Below, piece after piece: positions 37,443 to 50,817 of a stretch of 64,000 bases of DNA. A model generated the notes under the pieces. It was not told the DNA's origin and ran no database searches. It saw nothing but the letters and a program-made list of their open reading frames with translations. The translations under genes and the position numbers were made by a program. Numbering within the stretch: position 1 is the first letter of the stretch; each line of letters opens with the position of its first letter. The stretch lies in NCBI GenBank assembly GCA_002189035.1, contig CM007989.1:3100001-3164000 (forward strand), in the 5' to 3' direction. This DNA is from Utricularia gibba (lineage: Eukaryota; Plantae; Magnoliophyta).

Positions 37443-38808
37443 CATTTATGGAGATTAGCTAAGAGCTTGCTATGAAATTGACAACGCGACTGCTCGTCCC
37501 CAGCTATTGGCATTGATGCTTCTTCTACTGTGGCCAGGTTCGACCACCCCAGTGACACTTACTTGGCGGAGGATTCGTAAGAATAATACAAAAAGAAGTC
37601 AACTGATGCAGTGCTTCAGATCACCAGTTCCCTTTAAGGGACAATTCACATTCTTTCTCCATCAGCTTCTTCTCCATGATGATGGAATACAGAGCTTGTC
37701 GTCTGCAGCAGAAGACGTTAGTTTTGATGCATCCCTCTCACCTTTTTCTCCATGTTGTCTCGATGCTATTCTCCCCTGTGTTTTCCTCCTGTCTAGAAAG
37801 CATACACAGCGAGAAAGAGAAAGAGAGAGAGATGGAGAGGGGAATCTTTCCGTAGCACTTATCACTATCTGGAGGTCAGCGTCTAGAATATGAACAATTG
37901 AAGGAATCTCAGAGAAATTATTTTATTATAGCTCATCATGGAAACAGAAGGGCAGATAGATAATCTAGTAGAGAAGGAGAGCATGATTGGGACCTTTGCG
38001 TTCATTCCAATCTTATCTCTTTCATCTCCAAGGGATGCATCCCGTTTACTGCTCCCAAAAACCGTCCTTTTCCCACCCCACAGGCTCGACCTCTCCCCTT
38101 CCTCAACACACCCACTCCACCTCTCACAAGCAGCAAGCAGCAGGCAGCAGGCAGGAAGGCATCACATTACATTATTATTCCAACCAAGAGGAAACAAGGG
38201 GCCGGGGGTGGGCCCCGCATCCCATAATTAAAAAGAAGGGTGGATTAAGCTGGCCTTGGAATCTTAATCCCACTGAAAACCACGTACGGAGCAGGCATAA
38301 CCGCATAAAAGAAGGGAAAGAAGGCAGGAATATCATCATCATCTCATTATCACTCCTTAATCGCCAGCCCCAAAGCCCTCATCACCATTGTCGGTTGTGC
38401 GGCCATATTTATCCCTTTGGATGTTTTTACATTCGATGTGGGATTTTATTTCTAATTTGCTTCCTGTAATGTTGTGCTGGAATGGAATCAGCTGCTGAAT
38501 AGCCGGCCGTGCGCGCACTCTTTTTTTTTTGTTTGTTTAAGAAGCGTTCTTGTGAGGATATTTCTATTTTAATGGGTAATTGTGATATTTTTTGGGATGA
38601 GAAATTAAATATTTTTTGGGAAAAATAAACTGCAAGATAGGGTTTTGTATTGGAAAATTAGTGAAATGTTTATATAACAACCTCGTTAAACTCTATAGAC
38701 TACCCGAAGGAAAAGAAAAAAAAGGGGGGAAAAGGAATCGGAAATGCCACCGGGGACCAGGGTACAAAGGTAATTGTACACGACACGGAAAATCTAAATT
38801 GGTAAATT

Positions 38809-39759
38809 TCAAACGCGGGAACCGGCCAATAGCTGCAGGGGAGGGGGTCTTTCGGCGGCAACGATGCCGCCGGGGCGAGGCGCCATGTGGTGGTTATTGA
38901 GAAAACTGCTGACTATGGAGGTGGCGGGGCCGGAGACTTTGTTATCCCACGCGACACCCGCGTCGGAGCCCGGCTTCTGCAGCACATCTGTCACGTCGAG
39001 GCGGTGGAGCCACCATCCTTTTACGTTTCTCAGTCGCCGGATTTTCTCCACCTGGCGGCAGGCCAGTTTTCCGGTGTTCGATTTTACGGCGGAGATGGCC
39101 CGGGAGAGCATCTTCTCCCGCGTCTCCTCGTCGTCCGAGGATTCGAATTGGAAAAACTCGTGGAATTCAGGGACGCCAATGGATTTTAAAATCCCTTTAG
39201 TGTAATCTCCGGTGGGCTGGTAAAAGCCCCTAACTTCTTCCACCATGCCACTCCGAACCATCTTATCAACACGAACGGAAAGTGAATTTTGCAGCGAGGG
39301 CATCGCGGCGTCGACCCAGAGAAAGCAGCATTCATACTTCAACCGAAAATTATAGTCAATCAGCGCCTCCAAGTACGAATTCGAGCCTCCGACGATGATC
39401 GGAAGATTCCCACGTCCCAAAATCGATCTAACAGAGGCCGCCGCCATGCTCCTGAAGTTCCCGGCGGAGAATTCCGACACCGGATCTGCAATCCCGAGGA
39501 GATGATGCGGCACCCCACATCTTTCTTCTTCCGTAACTTTGTTAGTAGTTACCTCTAAACCACGAAAGACTTGCATTTTATCCGAATTGATGACCTCCGC
39601 ACCAAAGTAGTTCGCGAGCTCTATCGAGAGGCGCGTCTTTCCAGTACCCGTAGCGCCCATGACGATGACGACCTTGTCCTCCGGCTGCGGCGGAGACGGG
39701 CGCAGGAAGAAGCTGGGGAAGGGTACAAGTGGCCGAGGAAGGGAAAGTGCAAGTTTCAT
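38809..39759 (-). CDS. IPT3: Adenylate isopentenyltransferase (cytokinin synthase, IPT3/5-like), intronless
   Basis: KVVIVMGATGTGKTRLS (P-loop), INSDKMQ, VTTNK, VPHHLLG, LPIIVGGSNSY, RVDKMV..GMVEE and IGVPEF. Confidence 0.93.
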   Translation of the reverse strand: MKLALSLPRPLVPFPSFFLRPSPPQPEDKVVIVMGATGTGKTRLSIELANYFGAEVINSDKMQVFRGLEVTTNKVTEEERCGVPHHLLGIADPVSEFSAGNFRSMAAASVRSILGRGNLPIIVGGSNSYLEALIDYNFRLKYECCFLWVDAAMPSLQNSLSVRVDKMVRSGMVEEVRGFYQPTGDYTKGILKSIGVPEFHEFFQFESSDDEETREKMLSRAISAVKSNTGKLACRQVEKIRRLRNVKGWWLHRLDVTDVLQKPGSDAGVAWDNKVSGPATSIVSSFLNNHHMAPRPGGIVAAERPPPLQLLAGSRV

Positions 39760-41959
39760 TTTTTTTTTTCTTTTCTCTCGTTCCCCTTCCGATACTTCTT
39801 CTTCTTCTTCTCGTTGTAAAGCCGAGCAGAACCAATTTCTTCCTCTGATTATTTTGTTTTGGGGGGTTGCGGAGCAGTAGCATTTATAGACAAATTACTA
39901 ACACGGATGGATGCGGCGAAACGGAGCAGTGGCCGCGGGGTGTAGAGAGAGAGAGATGGAATCTAAGTATCTAACCGTTAAATAAACAATTATTTAATTT
40001 AATGATAAAATAAACAGCAGGGCCATGGTTGTTAGTTAATGCTTAAATCATGATTTAGTTTATTTTGATTTAGATAAATGTATTTTATGAATTTAGAAAA
40101 TTATTCATGTTTGATTGATATGTTTAATTTATTTGGATTTAAAATGAAAATATGTTTGATATATGAGCATAAAATTATATATATGATGAATTTATATATA
40201 AAATTACTAATATATCTTTTAATTAATTAAAATTAATTATCATACATATTAGTTTTTTTATTATTTTACATTTAATCAAGCATCATATAACATAAATCAC
40301 AATGCTTAATTGAAATAATATTTTGTAACAAGCATCATGTAATATATGCGAATGCTCGTCTTCAAAACGAAAACTCACATTTTAACAGCAAAAACGAAAA
40401 CCCACTATGCAGTACTCGTATTCTCATTTTTATCTTTGTCTTTATCTTTATGTTATTCTTCATCATCATCTTCTTCTTAACAATTAGTTTTATTCTTCTT
40501 ATTCTTCATCATCTTGAACCTATGTGAAGAGATCTGTAACATATCTGAAAAAATACCAACTTTCAAAAAGATTGATGAGTAGATTTGCATTAGTAATGCT
40601 TGCAGGTGCATTCTCATACATCTGCATTCAAATTCGTAGTAATGTGAAAGTAAAATTAAAAGCTGCAACCCTTGTTTATCTAAATCGACTATCCCCCCTT
40701 GATTTAATTTAACCCAGCTTGGTGGGTTCTCGTCGAGTATATAGGTGACAAGCGGGTTTATTATATATAAATTTATATAATAAACACGAATCAAACTCTC
40801 GACCATCAAGTTTCAAAAATAAAGATACTATCAATTAAGCTATAGACATTATTTATACTAATCTACGTCTGTATATATATGATATAGGCATGGGTTATGC
40901 GTTGTCTGCATATTTTCAATCGAGCACTCAAGCCTTATCTATTTATTTACATCGATTACATATTTTTGTTATTTAAATTTGTATTATTAGTTCAAAAGAA
41001 AATTAATATAAATTGATAATTTTAATATTTTTATGCATTAGTCAAAACAAAACAAACCAATAATTTAAGATTATAGTCTTTACTAATTTCATATGATTTA
41101 TTTTAACACTTTTATTTTGAATTTTATAATTTTTTTAAAAATCATCATTTACTTGTTAAAAAAATAAAAAACGACACTTACGCATTAGAGAATTTTGTAG
41201 TAATTTCATAAAAAATAATATAAAATTATTTTATATTAACATTATCTACGTAATATTTAATTTGATAGGATTTCAACATATGGATGTAATTTATACATAA
41301 TTCATGTACGTGTATTTAATTACTATCAAATTGTTTATTTTGTAGATAGTATTAATATAAAAAAATTAGGATTTTTAAAACCCTGGACCCGACAGATTGA
41401 TCAGAACCCATCAAACCATGACCCGACTCATACCCGTTATATATAAGTACCAATCACCGGGCGGGTCAACCTGCTGATCGGGCGGGTTGACTAGGAACCG
41501 TGACCACCCTACTTTGGAGTCACAACACTTTTAACTCGCAATGAATGAAAACCTTTGACTAAGTAATCAATGTGCCGAGTTCTTGGATTAAAATATGCTG
41601 ACCAATCCCAGAGTCAAACTCTCAGACCAAAGAAAATAAACACGTCAAAGATTGAGTTGAGTTGATCTTGCAGGAGTAGTAGGCACGTCCCCATTCCAGT
41701 TAACCCATCCCCTTCATTAAAAAATAACTGCGACTTGCCCCTACATTCTTCCTAATGGTTTCCACTAAAAAATGGCCACCATGACTTTGATTGTGTGAGA
41801 AAATTATAGATTGAATGTATCAAAAATTGATCATAGTATGTAATAGAGAAAAACTCATGATAATTACTTCTCGAGTAGACCTAATACCATACCCCGTTTA
41901 TGGGTAAAATTTACTTGTAATAACATCAAGTGATTTATAAATTATTTATTTATTTTGAA

Positions 41960-42126
41960 TGTTTTTTTTTTAATTTTATGTACATAGATTTATTCAAAAA
42001 CATATCTTCTTTGTATTTTATTAATTAAACTCAACGACCACTAGGGGATGTAACCCATGCTTATTCCATACGCTCTTTGAATTTTTCAAAGGAGTAGACA
42101 ATAGCCTATACCACTAGGCTACAACC
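41960..42126 (-). mobile_element. Possible degenerate tRNA-derived SINE
   Basis: The - strand reads GGTTGTAGCCTAGTGGTA (A-box-like), about 55 nt later GGGTTACATCCC (degenerate B-box), then an A-rich tail. No TSD or tRNA cloverleaf found. Confidence 0.35.
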
Positions 42127-44400
42127 AATAGGAAACTTTGAGATTAGGGGTGGTTGAAGTTTTGCAAATGCGCTTTTTGGAAGATTAGATTCAATTCCTT
42201 GGTGGGGTGGGGTGATTATTCCATCAATCATCCCGCATTATAAAAATTCCAAATATTCCTTTTTCAACTATTTCCGAATGATTGTTTCACTTTAACACGA
42301 CCGGAAATATTGTTTTTTTTAACAATAATATTCTTTTTTCAACCCCAACAAAAAAAATTTAATTGCGGCTTGCTTGTCCCTGAAGTTTTCGTCTGGGGAA
42401 AAAAAAGAAAAATTCATTCAGAACTGTTGCTTTTGTTTTTCCGTTGTGTCCACTCTGGTAATAAAGTATTGGTTGGATCCCTTTCTGTTGTCTTGCTGTC
42501 GCTATGTGTAGCAATCTGATTGGGCGGCTGAATTTAAAATGATTAGGCACGTCTAGAGTCGTTGCTAGCGCACGTGCCATCTGGGCAAAAGGACAGATAC
42601 GCCCAATATTAAAATGTCATTACGAATAATTACACCAAAAGCTCCTTTCCAGTAACCTCGCCCCTCGCCCAAAACCCACTCCCATAGCAGACATAGCAAC
42701 TCAGTTGTCGTTACCCAACCACACTTAACCCTTATTTTGTATTCAATAATACACGTTAATTGACATGTTCTGTCTTAATAATTTTCGAAAGTGATTCTAT
42801 TTAATATTTGAAGATTCTAATGTTTAAACGTTCACTAGTAAAATAAAAAATTTAAATTTCGTTATTAACTTGATAAATTATTGATTTTTTGTTTTGATGA
42901 GTAAGTACAAAATTTAATTAGAAAAAATTATTATTTATTTATTTTTATTTATACTCTTCATGGTAGTGGGGGCTCATCCGAGTTTGTGGCCACACTAGTC
43001 CACTTGTGTTTTGGCTCGGGAACGTTTTCAAATTTACTTTTCATGTGGTTTTGAAATTTTATAATATAATTTTATATTATATTACAAAAAAATTTTATAA
43101 TATCAAACTGATTCTATTCATATAATCTTAAAATGAATATTATTTATTAATTTGAAGCACAACTTGAAATTATAGAACGTGACCTTACTATCATATCATA
43201 TATTAGATATCCAGATCATTTTATTATTTAATTATTTAATGATAATGAAACACCAACTTATATCATTAAAATACCGAATATTTTAAAATACCAAAACCAG
43301 AGTAGCTCACACATGATAATAATTGGTGTATACCTGGAATAATATTAAAAAAATTCATTTCTGACAAATCACGATTGGTGTTTATTCCAGGAATCCAAGT
43401 AAATCACGTGATAAATAATTTAAATTTCATGGTGCACGTGGGCATGTCGAAATTTTTCAATTAGGACTAGTACCTTCCTATGCCACGATCTAGCCATCCA
43501 CTTATAGGTGATAAAGAGTCATTTTTTATTTTATTTAAAAGCGACCAAGTGATAACAACCCCTCCCTCCATCAAAGATGCTTTTTTTTCCCCCTCATGGG
43601 GCTTCTTCACTTTAGGGATCAACCAAGAATGAAATAAACACCAAAGGACTATAGTGAGTTACCTGGTAAAATTGGAGAAAATGATGAAAACAAAGTGAAA
43701 TACAAAAGCGAAAAAACAATGAAATGATTGGAAAACAAAATTAGTAGTAAATTTACTTTGAAAATATAAGACACAAACTTTGGAATAGGGATTAAAATAA
43801 GGCCCCAAAGAAAGTTTACTAAATAATTAAACCAAATGATAGCCATGAGTGAGCCCCACGTGTAGAGTAAAACTATAAGGATATTTTATTTTAAAAAATT
43901 ATATAAGATAAACATCGTTTAAATTTTGTAATTATAGTTCGTTATATCTAGTTATTTTATTTTATAAAAATTTTAATGTTAAAAGATTTCAATCATGGAA
44001 AAAGAGTAGGGCATGTTGGAAAAGTAAGTATAACGCTAATTCTTAGTAACTACTTTATGGGATTCGATTCTAGTCCATATTATGTAGTAGATTCGACTCG
44101 TTTTAAAAGAAAAAAAAACGCGTTTCGTATCAGATTAAATTTCGTCGTGAACCTTAGGTTATGCACAAATGTAACTTAGGGAGGGTTATGAGGATGCCTT
44201 GAGTGGCTTTGCCTCCTTTAGTGCATTTCATGGAGCCATGTCCAAGTTTGGGCACGTTCGCCACAGTTATGCTCTCCAACCGACGTCCAAAGAAGTATAA
44301 AATGGACAAGCGAAAAGCAATATCACTAAGCCTTTATTGCACTCCCCACATGAAAAATATAAATATAAAAAAAGGACAAGAATTCTCGTGTCCAATTTGA

Positions 44401-44570
44401 CCCCAGACTCATCATTGGAAGCTCGGCTGTCAAGTTGAGAATCCAATAAAGGCCAAAATCTGGTTCACATGTGGTGGATGCAGTCCCAAACTTCGGAATG
44501 GTCTGGAAATTAAAAAAATGTGAACTCAAATACGATCTGGGTTGCAAGCTCAAGTAACACGAAAGAGTGA
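44401..44570 (+). mobile_element. Possible degenerate LINE fragment (zf-RVT-like)
   Basis: HHWKLGCQVENPIKAKIWFTCGGCSPKLRNGL loosely resembles the WKLxxPxKxKxxxW motif. It is interrupted by stops. Confidence 0.25.
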
Positions 44571-45950
44571 TATAGCATCTAGGGAATCGACAACCCCGTT
44601 TGGTGTGATGTGGTGTAATTGCTTCTTAAATCATTGAGGGAATGATTTAAGTGTACTGTGAAATGCATGGGTTCCACTTCCAACTAATGTCGAAGTGTGG
44701 AAACCTAGAAGGCTGAAGACACGGTTCAACTTCTTGGTAATAATGTTGAAATTCAGGATTAAGGGTTGAGGGAGCGTTTAACATTACGTTCAAATACACA
44801 AAAAATATGAATTACATTAAAAAGATTAAATTCAATTAATTACTAGTGATTTATAATTTTTTTATATAATTGAATATTTTACTTTATGTTCCATATTAAA
44901 TTTAACTGGTTACTAATAATCTTTAGTTTTATTATATGTTTGATTATTTCAATTTTATTTTTGGAGATGTGATTGTGTATTTTAACAAATAATTCAGGCT
45001 AAGTCGGTCGGGTCATATGATCGAGTCAATCCAATCAGAATAAGCAGTTATGCGCTGCAATTTTGTGGAAGTTTTTTACAGTGTAGATCACTGGTCCTTG
45101 AGATTATGGATGTCGGCTGAGGAAAGGTGAACGCGGTCGCGAATGCGTGGGGACTAAGAAAAAAGAAAGGGAATTTGCGTTATTACACGACAGGGAACTT
45201 TGAGAGGCAAAGAGGGTCAAGGATCCAAAGTAAGTATGCTCATGGGTGGAGGGAAGAATGGGTTACGTTCAAAATCAGAAGTCTATTTCAGTGGGGGAGC
45301 CTTTGGTGAAGTCACGTCAGTTGGCAATTTCAGGCACTAGCGTATCACACCCAGTTGAAAAACGTACGTCCTAAAGATAACGAAGCATGCTGCCCATTCG
45401 AATCGATTATCACTTTGGAGATCTTGGAAAGAAGCTCCATTTGCGGATGCAAAAGGACTAGAAGACAACAAGGGTTTGTCTCCATCCAAAAGTAGACCGC
45501 CAGTGCATGCTGTAAATCACACACCCACTGCCACTAGGAATTCAGTCAACCCAAAAATGAATAGTAATCAGATGAAGACAATTCGGCTGCAGAATGCATC
45601 TCAAGTCTTCGACTGCCCACAGTGATGGCTATGTTGTTCTTTTTCCCGGTAAAAAAGAATCTAAGACAAGTGTTCAGTTGTCTGTTTTCAGCTGAATTGC
45701 GAATGTGTGCTGTCCTGGTTTTATTGTGACTGTTGGCTGGCGGGCTGTGTAAGTAGACGCCGGCCGGCATCATCATCTGAGGCCTGTGTTGGGCTTTCCG
45801 GGTTGCATCTGTTTCGGGCCAGGGGCCAGCCTGTGTGGATCTATTTGTGATCGTAGGGCCGGAGTATGCCGTCTCTTTGCTTGTGTTGCTTGAGTTATCT
45901 GAAATAATTGCCGAGTGCTAAGTTTCCTGGTGCAGCGCTTTTGATTTTCC

Positions 45951-47330
45951 ATGGGAACGAAGGGCGTCAAGTACTGTGTGGTAACAATGTTGTTTGTTTG
46001 TTGTGTTGCTTTAGAACCGCCTTGTTTAGTTAGATTTCAAAGCATCGAATGAGTTTTTGTTGGGTTTGAAAACAACTAGGTTGATGCGTTCACGGATTCA
46101 GCTTTCAAGGGTAATCCGGCGGCGGTGTGTCTTCTGGAGGAGGAGAAGAGCGAGGAGTGGATGCAGGCAGTGGCTTGTGAATTCAATCTTTCGGAAACAT
46201 GCTACCTGACTCGGGATTCCGATTCCCCTGTTCCCAGGTTCCGCCTTCGCTGGTTCACTCCCGTTTCCGAGGTCCAGCTTTATTTCCATCATTCGTGATC
46301 CTTGATCCCATTTTCCGGATTGCGGTTTTTAGTGTGTAGCTTTTTGCGAATTGGGATCTCTGTTTGGTTGTTGTCTGTTAACTGTTTGACGAAAGTCCTC
46401 ACGAAGATCATTATTTCGCCAGGTAGAACTTTGTGGGCACGCGACATTAGCTGCATCCCATTTTCTTTTCTCATATGGGTTCGTGGAATCTGATGCAGTT
46501 GATTTCTTGACCCTTTCTGGTATTCTAACGGCCAAAAGAATTCCTGCTTCAGAAATGGGCTCTCTCAACTCTCAGAACGGTAATGTTCCTCATGACTTCT
46601 TCATTGAGCTGAATTTTCCAGCCATCTCTATAGCCGGATATGACGGAGCTTCTGAAGAAAAGTTGAGTATTTCCAAATGCTTGAATGGCGCTTCGTTTAA
46701 TGAGGTTCATAGAACGACACCATCGGACGATCTCCTAGTGAGTTCAATGCCCCTCTTACTAAGTTACTTCTGCTTGGTTATCTTGAACAACCCACATTTG
46801 ATTGCCTGATATGATAACAGGTCCTTCTACCATCCGCAGCTGCAGTTAGAGAATTAGAGCCAAATCTAGATGAGGTAAGGAAATGCGACGGTAGAGGGCT
46901 GATTGTTACTGCACTTGCTCCCCCCGGGTCGGAATTTGACTTCTTCAGCCGCTTTTTCGCTCCAAAATTTGGTATAAACGAGGTAATACCATAGATAGAC
47001 AAAAAAAGAAGTTCAACGAATGGCTATGGCAGTAAAGATTCTCTTTTTGTACATCCAGGACCCTGTATGTGGAAGTGCACACTGTGCTTTAGCATCTTAC
47101 TGGAGCAAGAAGCTTGGAAAAACCGATTTGGCAGCATACCAAGTAAGGGAAGCTAATCCATCCATTTTAATCTTGTATCATGCTTCCCATCATGTGATTT
47201 ATGATGCCATTGAAAACGTTAGGCATCTCCAAGAAGTGGGATCTTGCACCTTCATATTGACAACATGAACAACAGAGTCCTGCTTCGAGGCAAAGCCATT
47301 GCAGTCATGGAAGGTACACTTCTAGTTTGA
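45951..47330 (+). CDS. PhzC/PhzF-family isomerase/epimerase (DAAR-like), 6 exons
   Basis: MGTKGVKYCV|VDAFTDSAFKGNPAAVC, FNLSETCY, LRWFTP.SE|VELCGHATLA, DFFSRFFAPK.GINE|DPVCGSAHCAL, YQ|ASPRSG and RGKAIAVMEG. TGA at 47328-47330. Confidence 0.93.
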
Positions 47331-48609
47331 AATCAGGTATGCTCCTCTTCATCAACTCTGCAAACAATAACCGAATCAGGCTTCAACCATGGTCCATTTA
47401 CAAGCTAAATTTATCCTTTCATGGCCCAAAGCGATTCACAGTTGTTTGGATGGTTCCAGCAGCCCAATCGGATTTGATGAACACAATGTCTTCCTCAACC
47501 AGTGAACTGTCTCCTCATATCCCTCTCCCTAGTTAGTTGAGATCTCTCTATCTATCCCAAGCATTGACATTATCCATGATAAATCGCCTGAGTAATCATT
47601 ATCTTGAATATTAGGAACAAGATTTTTTGGACATGTGGCCCTTGTAATATGATGCATTGTGCTTATCCTGATGTCCTTCAATGTGGGACATCCATTTTAG
47701 TACTATTTATGTTTATCAAAACTTGTGTACTCTGTCTGGAGTGGTTAGTTTACACAAGTTTTGTTGCAAGGGGGACAGACAATCTGGGAAGCTTGAGAAC
47801 TGGTGGGTTGTTGGTGAACTTTGAATTTTTTCTGTATTTAAAGAACTATTATTTATTAAATCCGATAATAAATAAATTAACCTATTGTTAGAGAACTCCC
47901 CACTAGTCATTAATGATCGCATTAGGTTCATTCAATGAGGTTTCCAACGTGTAAACCGCTATTAACCGGCGATTCCCTGTCCCCGTCCCTCTCTCTCATT
48001 AACTCCATTTTTGAAAAGCTACTGCTTGGCAAAATGTAGACAATCGACCTTAACTGCTGCTTAAGTTGTATTAAGTAGTCATTGAATACGTCTGCTGTCT
48101 TTTCGTTGAATAATTTTTACAGCTAATGTTGTTTACTAGTTGATCTTTCGGAGTTTTACTTTTTGTGCTCTAATGGCGGTGGATGGGGGCAGGGAAGAAT
48201 CTCATTCCCATCAGGGCGAGCGGTTACAAAGTGGATGAAACTTGTGGGTAATGGGAAGTTGCCAGTTTCCATGGATGTCTGTCTTACGGGGCTTGAGGGA
48301 GGACCCACGAAGCACATTCTCCATTTTCTTTTCTTCTATATATCGGACTCTCTCTCCTCTCCTCTCTCTGAGCTCTCCATCAATATACTCTTCATTTTAA
48401 GCAGGACCATTTTTCGGTACCTTCTTCGCCCTGTTTCTCGTGGTTGAATGTGAAAGCAAAGGAGGGAGTTGGAAGGAAGAGGAGTGCGTGAAAACTACCC
48501 CGAATGGTGACCGAGCTTGCCTCTTTGAGGTTTTCGAGTGTTGGGGACGTGAATCGTTAGCTCTGATAGAAAAAGCCATTTTTTTTCTTCACAAGGGCAA
48601 TGATAGAAG

Positions 48610-50377
48610 ATGACCCACTTGGATTTTTTCAAGAAATCGAAGTTGTTGAAGTTCCAGGAAACCAGCACGGGGATTATTGGGTTCTTTCTACTCAGCTTGT
48701 GTTTAATCTTCTACTTTCTGATGTTGGATTGCAGAGTTTTGAATGGTTTGAGAGGGCAATTTCAGTTTAGGGGTAAGTTCAATGATTCTTCGATGGAAGT
48801 TGTAGCTAAGAAGCTGGGGTATCTTGAAGTTGGCGCTGGAGATTGTGATTTATATGAAGGGAATTGGGTTTGGGATGAAACCTATCCTCTTTACAAATCG
48901 CAGGATTGCCTGTTCTTGGATACAGGTTTCCGGTGTACAGAAAATGGAAGGCCTGATGATTTCTACAGCAAGTGGAGATGGCAGCCAAAAGGCTGTGATT
49001 TACCCAGGTTTTATTTCTGTGACTTCTTTACCAGTGCTCATGCACAGTTTTGTGTGAAGAACTTCTCTGCTTTAGAGATTATGTGAAATGGGTTTGGATT
49101 CTGAATTGACAATTCGTCTTTTCCTCTGAGTTTGAGCCTTGTTTTGTGATTAATGTGGTTTCTTCATGGTGGATTAATGTAGTTTCTTCATGGTGGATTA
49201 ATGTATTTGTTGTGTAATAGCAATGTCTAGATGCTTTGGAATGAAAGAGAACCTTAACAAGGAAATACTTATCCTGATTGCTTATCCTGCTGATTGGTTC
49301 TGTTAACTACAGCGTTGTCTGGTTTGTGATGGAGCAGATTTGATGCAAAAGCTCTGCTCGAAAAACTTCGTGGCCAAAGGGTTGCGTTTGTCGGAGATTC
49401 AATCGGAAGAAACCAGTGGGAGTCCCTTCTGTGCATGCTTTCTTCAGCCATACCTGATAAAACCTCTGTATATGAAGTGAATGGAAGCCCGATAACGAAG
49501 CATATGGGCTCTCTGGCTTTCTTCTTCAGGGATTACAACACCACGATCGAGTACTACAGAGCTCCGTTTCTGGTCGTCCAGGGCCGAGCTCCAAAGGGTG
49601 TGCCTGATGAAGTGAAGATGACTCTCAGGTTGGATCAAATAGATTGGAGCTCTGCCAAGTGGAGGGATTCTGATTTGCTTGTGATCAACACAGGGCATTG
49701 GTGGAATTATGAGAAAACCATCAGAGGGTAATGTGAGTGCCTTTCTTTGATCACATCCTAATCAGCTAAACATTGAAACGTTATGTGTCACTTCTCAGGG
49801 GATGCTACTTCCAGGAAGGGGATGAGATAAAGCTGGAAATGGGCGTCCCAGCCGCACTCCGACGATCGATCAAGACTCTGTCGAACTGGATAAGCCGGGA
49901 AGTGAACCTGTCCAGGACTCATGTGATCTTCCGAGGTTATGCTCCGGTGCACTTCAGGTGAATCACTGGCCTCCTTGGAGCATGATCTACATTTGCTGTG
50001 TGGGAATTTGAGGCTGAACTTGTGATTATTCCAGGGGTGGGGACTGGAACTCGGGTGGGGGCTGTCACACGGAGACGATTCCTGATGCTGGAGAGGAGCT
50101 TGCACCTAGTGACAGACACCTGCAGTACAAGGCAGTGGTTGATGGGTTAGCGAAGCATATAGAGAATGGGAACATTGACTTCTTGAATGTGACTGGCATG
50201 ACTTCACAGAGAAAAGATGGGCACTCTTCCTTGTATTACCTGGACCCGAAAAAGGGCAAGCCTCCGATCCACCGGCAAGATTGCAGCCATTGGTGCCTCC
50301 CTGGAGTGCCGGATATGTGGAATGAGCTTCTCTATGCTCTTGTCACCAAACGATGGATCTCTGAGGGGAAACTATGA
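48610..50377 (+). CDS. TBL: Trichome birefringence-like polysaccharide O-acetyltransferase (TBL10/11-like), 4 exons
   Basis: N-terminal TM helix, [42 protein letters not shown] (GDS motif), NTGHWW and [18 protein letters not shown] (DxxH motif). Confidence 0.93.
49148..49205. repeat. 24-bp tandem repeat (~2.4 copies) in TBL intron 1
   Basis: GATTAATGT(G/A)GTTTCTTCATGGTG repeated. Confidence 0.8.
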
Positions 50378-50817
50378 GAAGGAAGCTTCTGTTTCACTGG
50401 AAGCATGTCTTCCGATTTCCCAAACTGGGTTGATTTTTGGGTAGAAATCGTCTACACAACAGAGTTCTCCACTGCAAATAAGACTTAAGAACACACAGCC
50501 ACTTCTCGCTTAAATTTATTCAACCAAAGGAAAACGAAAGAGCGATGAATGGAAATTCACATTCATGAAAGCCACAGTATTTAGTGATAACGATGAGTTC
50601 TCACTGCTCTATTCTTTAGTGAAGGTGAAGCCTTATAGAATGTTTCTACTTCAAACGGGAAACAATTAGGACTGATGCAACAAAATTCCCCGAGATGAGA
50701 GAAAAGGGATGCACGATGCCTCTATGTCAAGGATCAATCCATGTCCCTTGTTGTGTACGGCTGTGCCTGAAAAACATGCCGGGTGCTGAGCTTGCAACGG
50801 CAGTTGTTTAACGACCA

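Noticed and set aside
38025-38425. miR393-like hairpin (TCCAAGGGATGCAT ... ATCCCTTTGGA)
   Set aside because: The 5' arm lacks two bases of the mature miR393 sequence, and the arms are about 370 nt apart with no extended pairing. I found no other conserved miRNA by eye.
40477-40809. 110-aa minus-strand ORF upstream of IPT
   Set aside because: Low-complexity AT-rich composition with no recognisable motif or promoter context.
42040-42126. tRNA gene
   Set aside because: The A-box is good, but the B-box is degenerate and no cloverleaf or anticodon arm forms. Kept only as a possible SINE.
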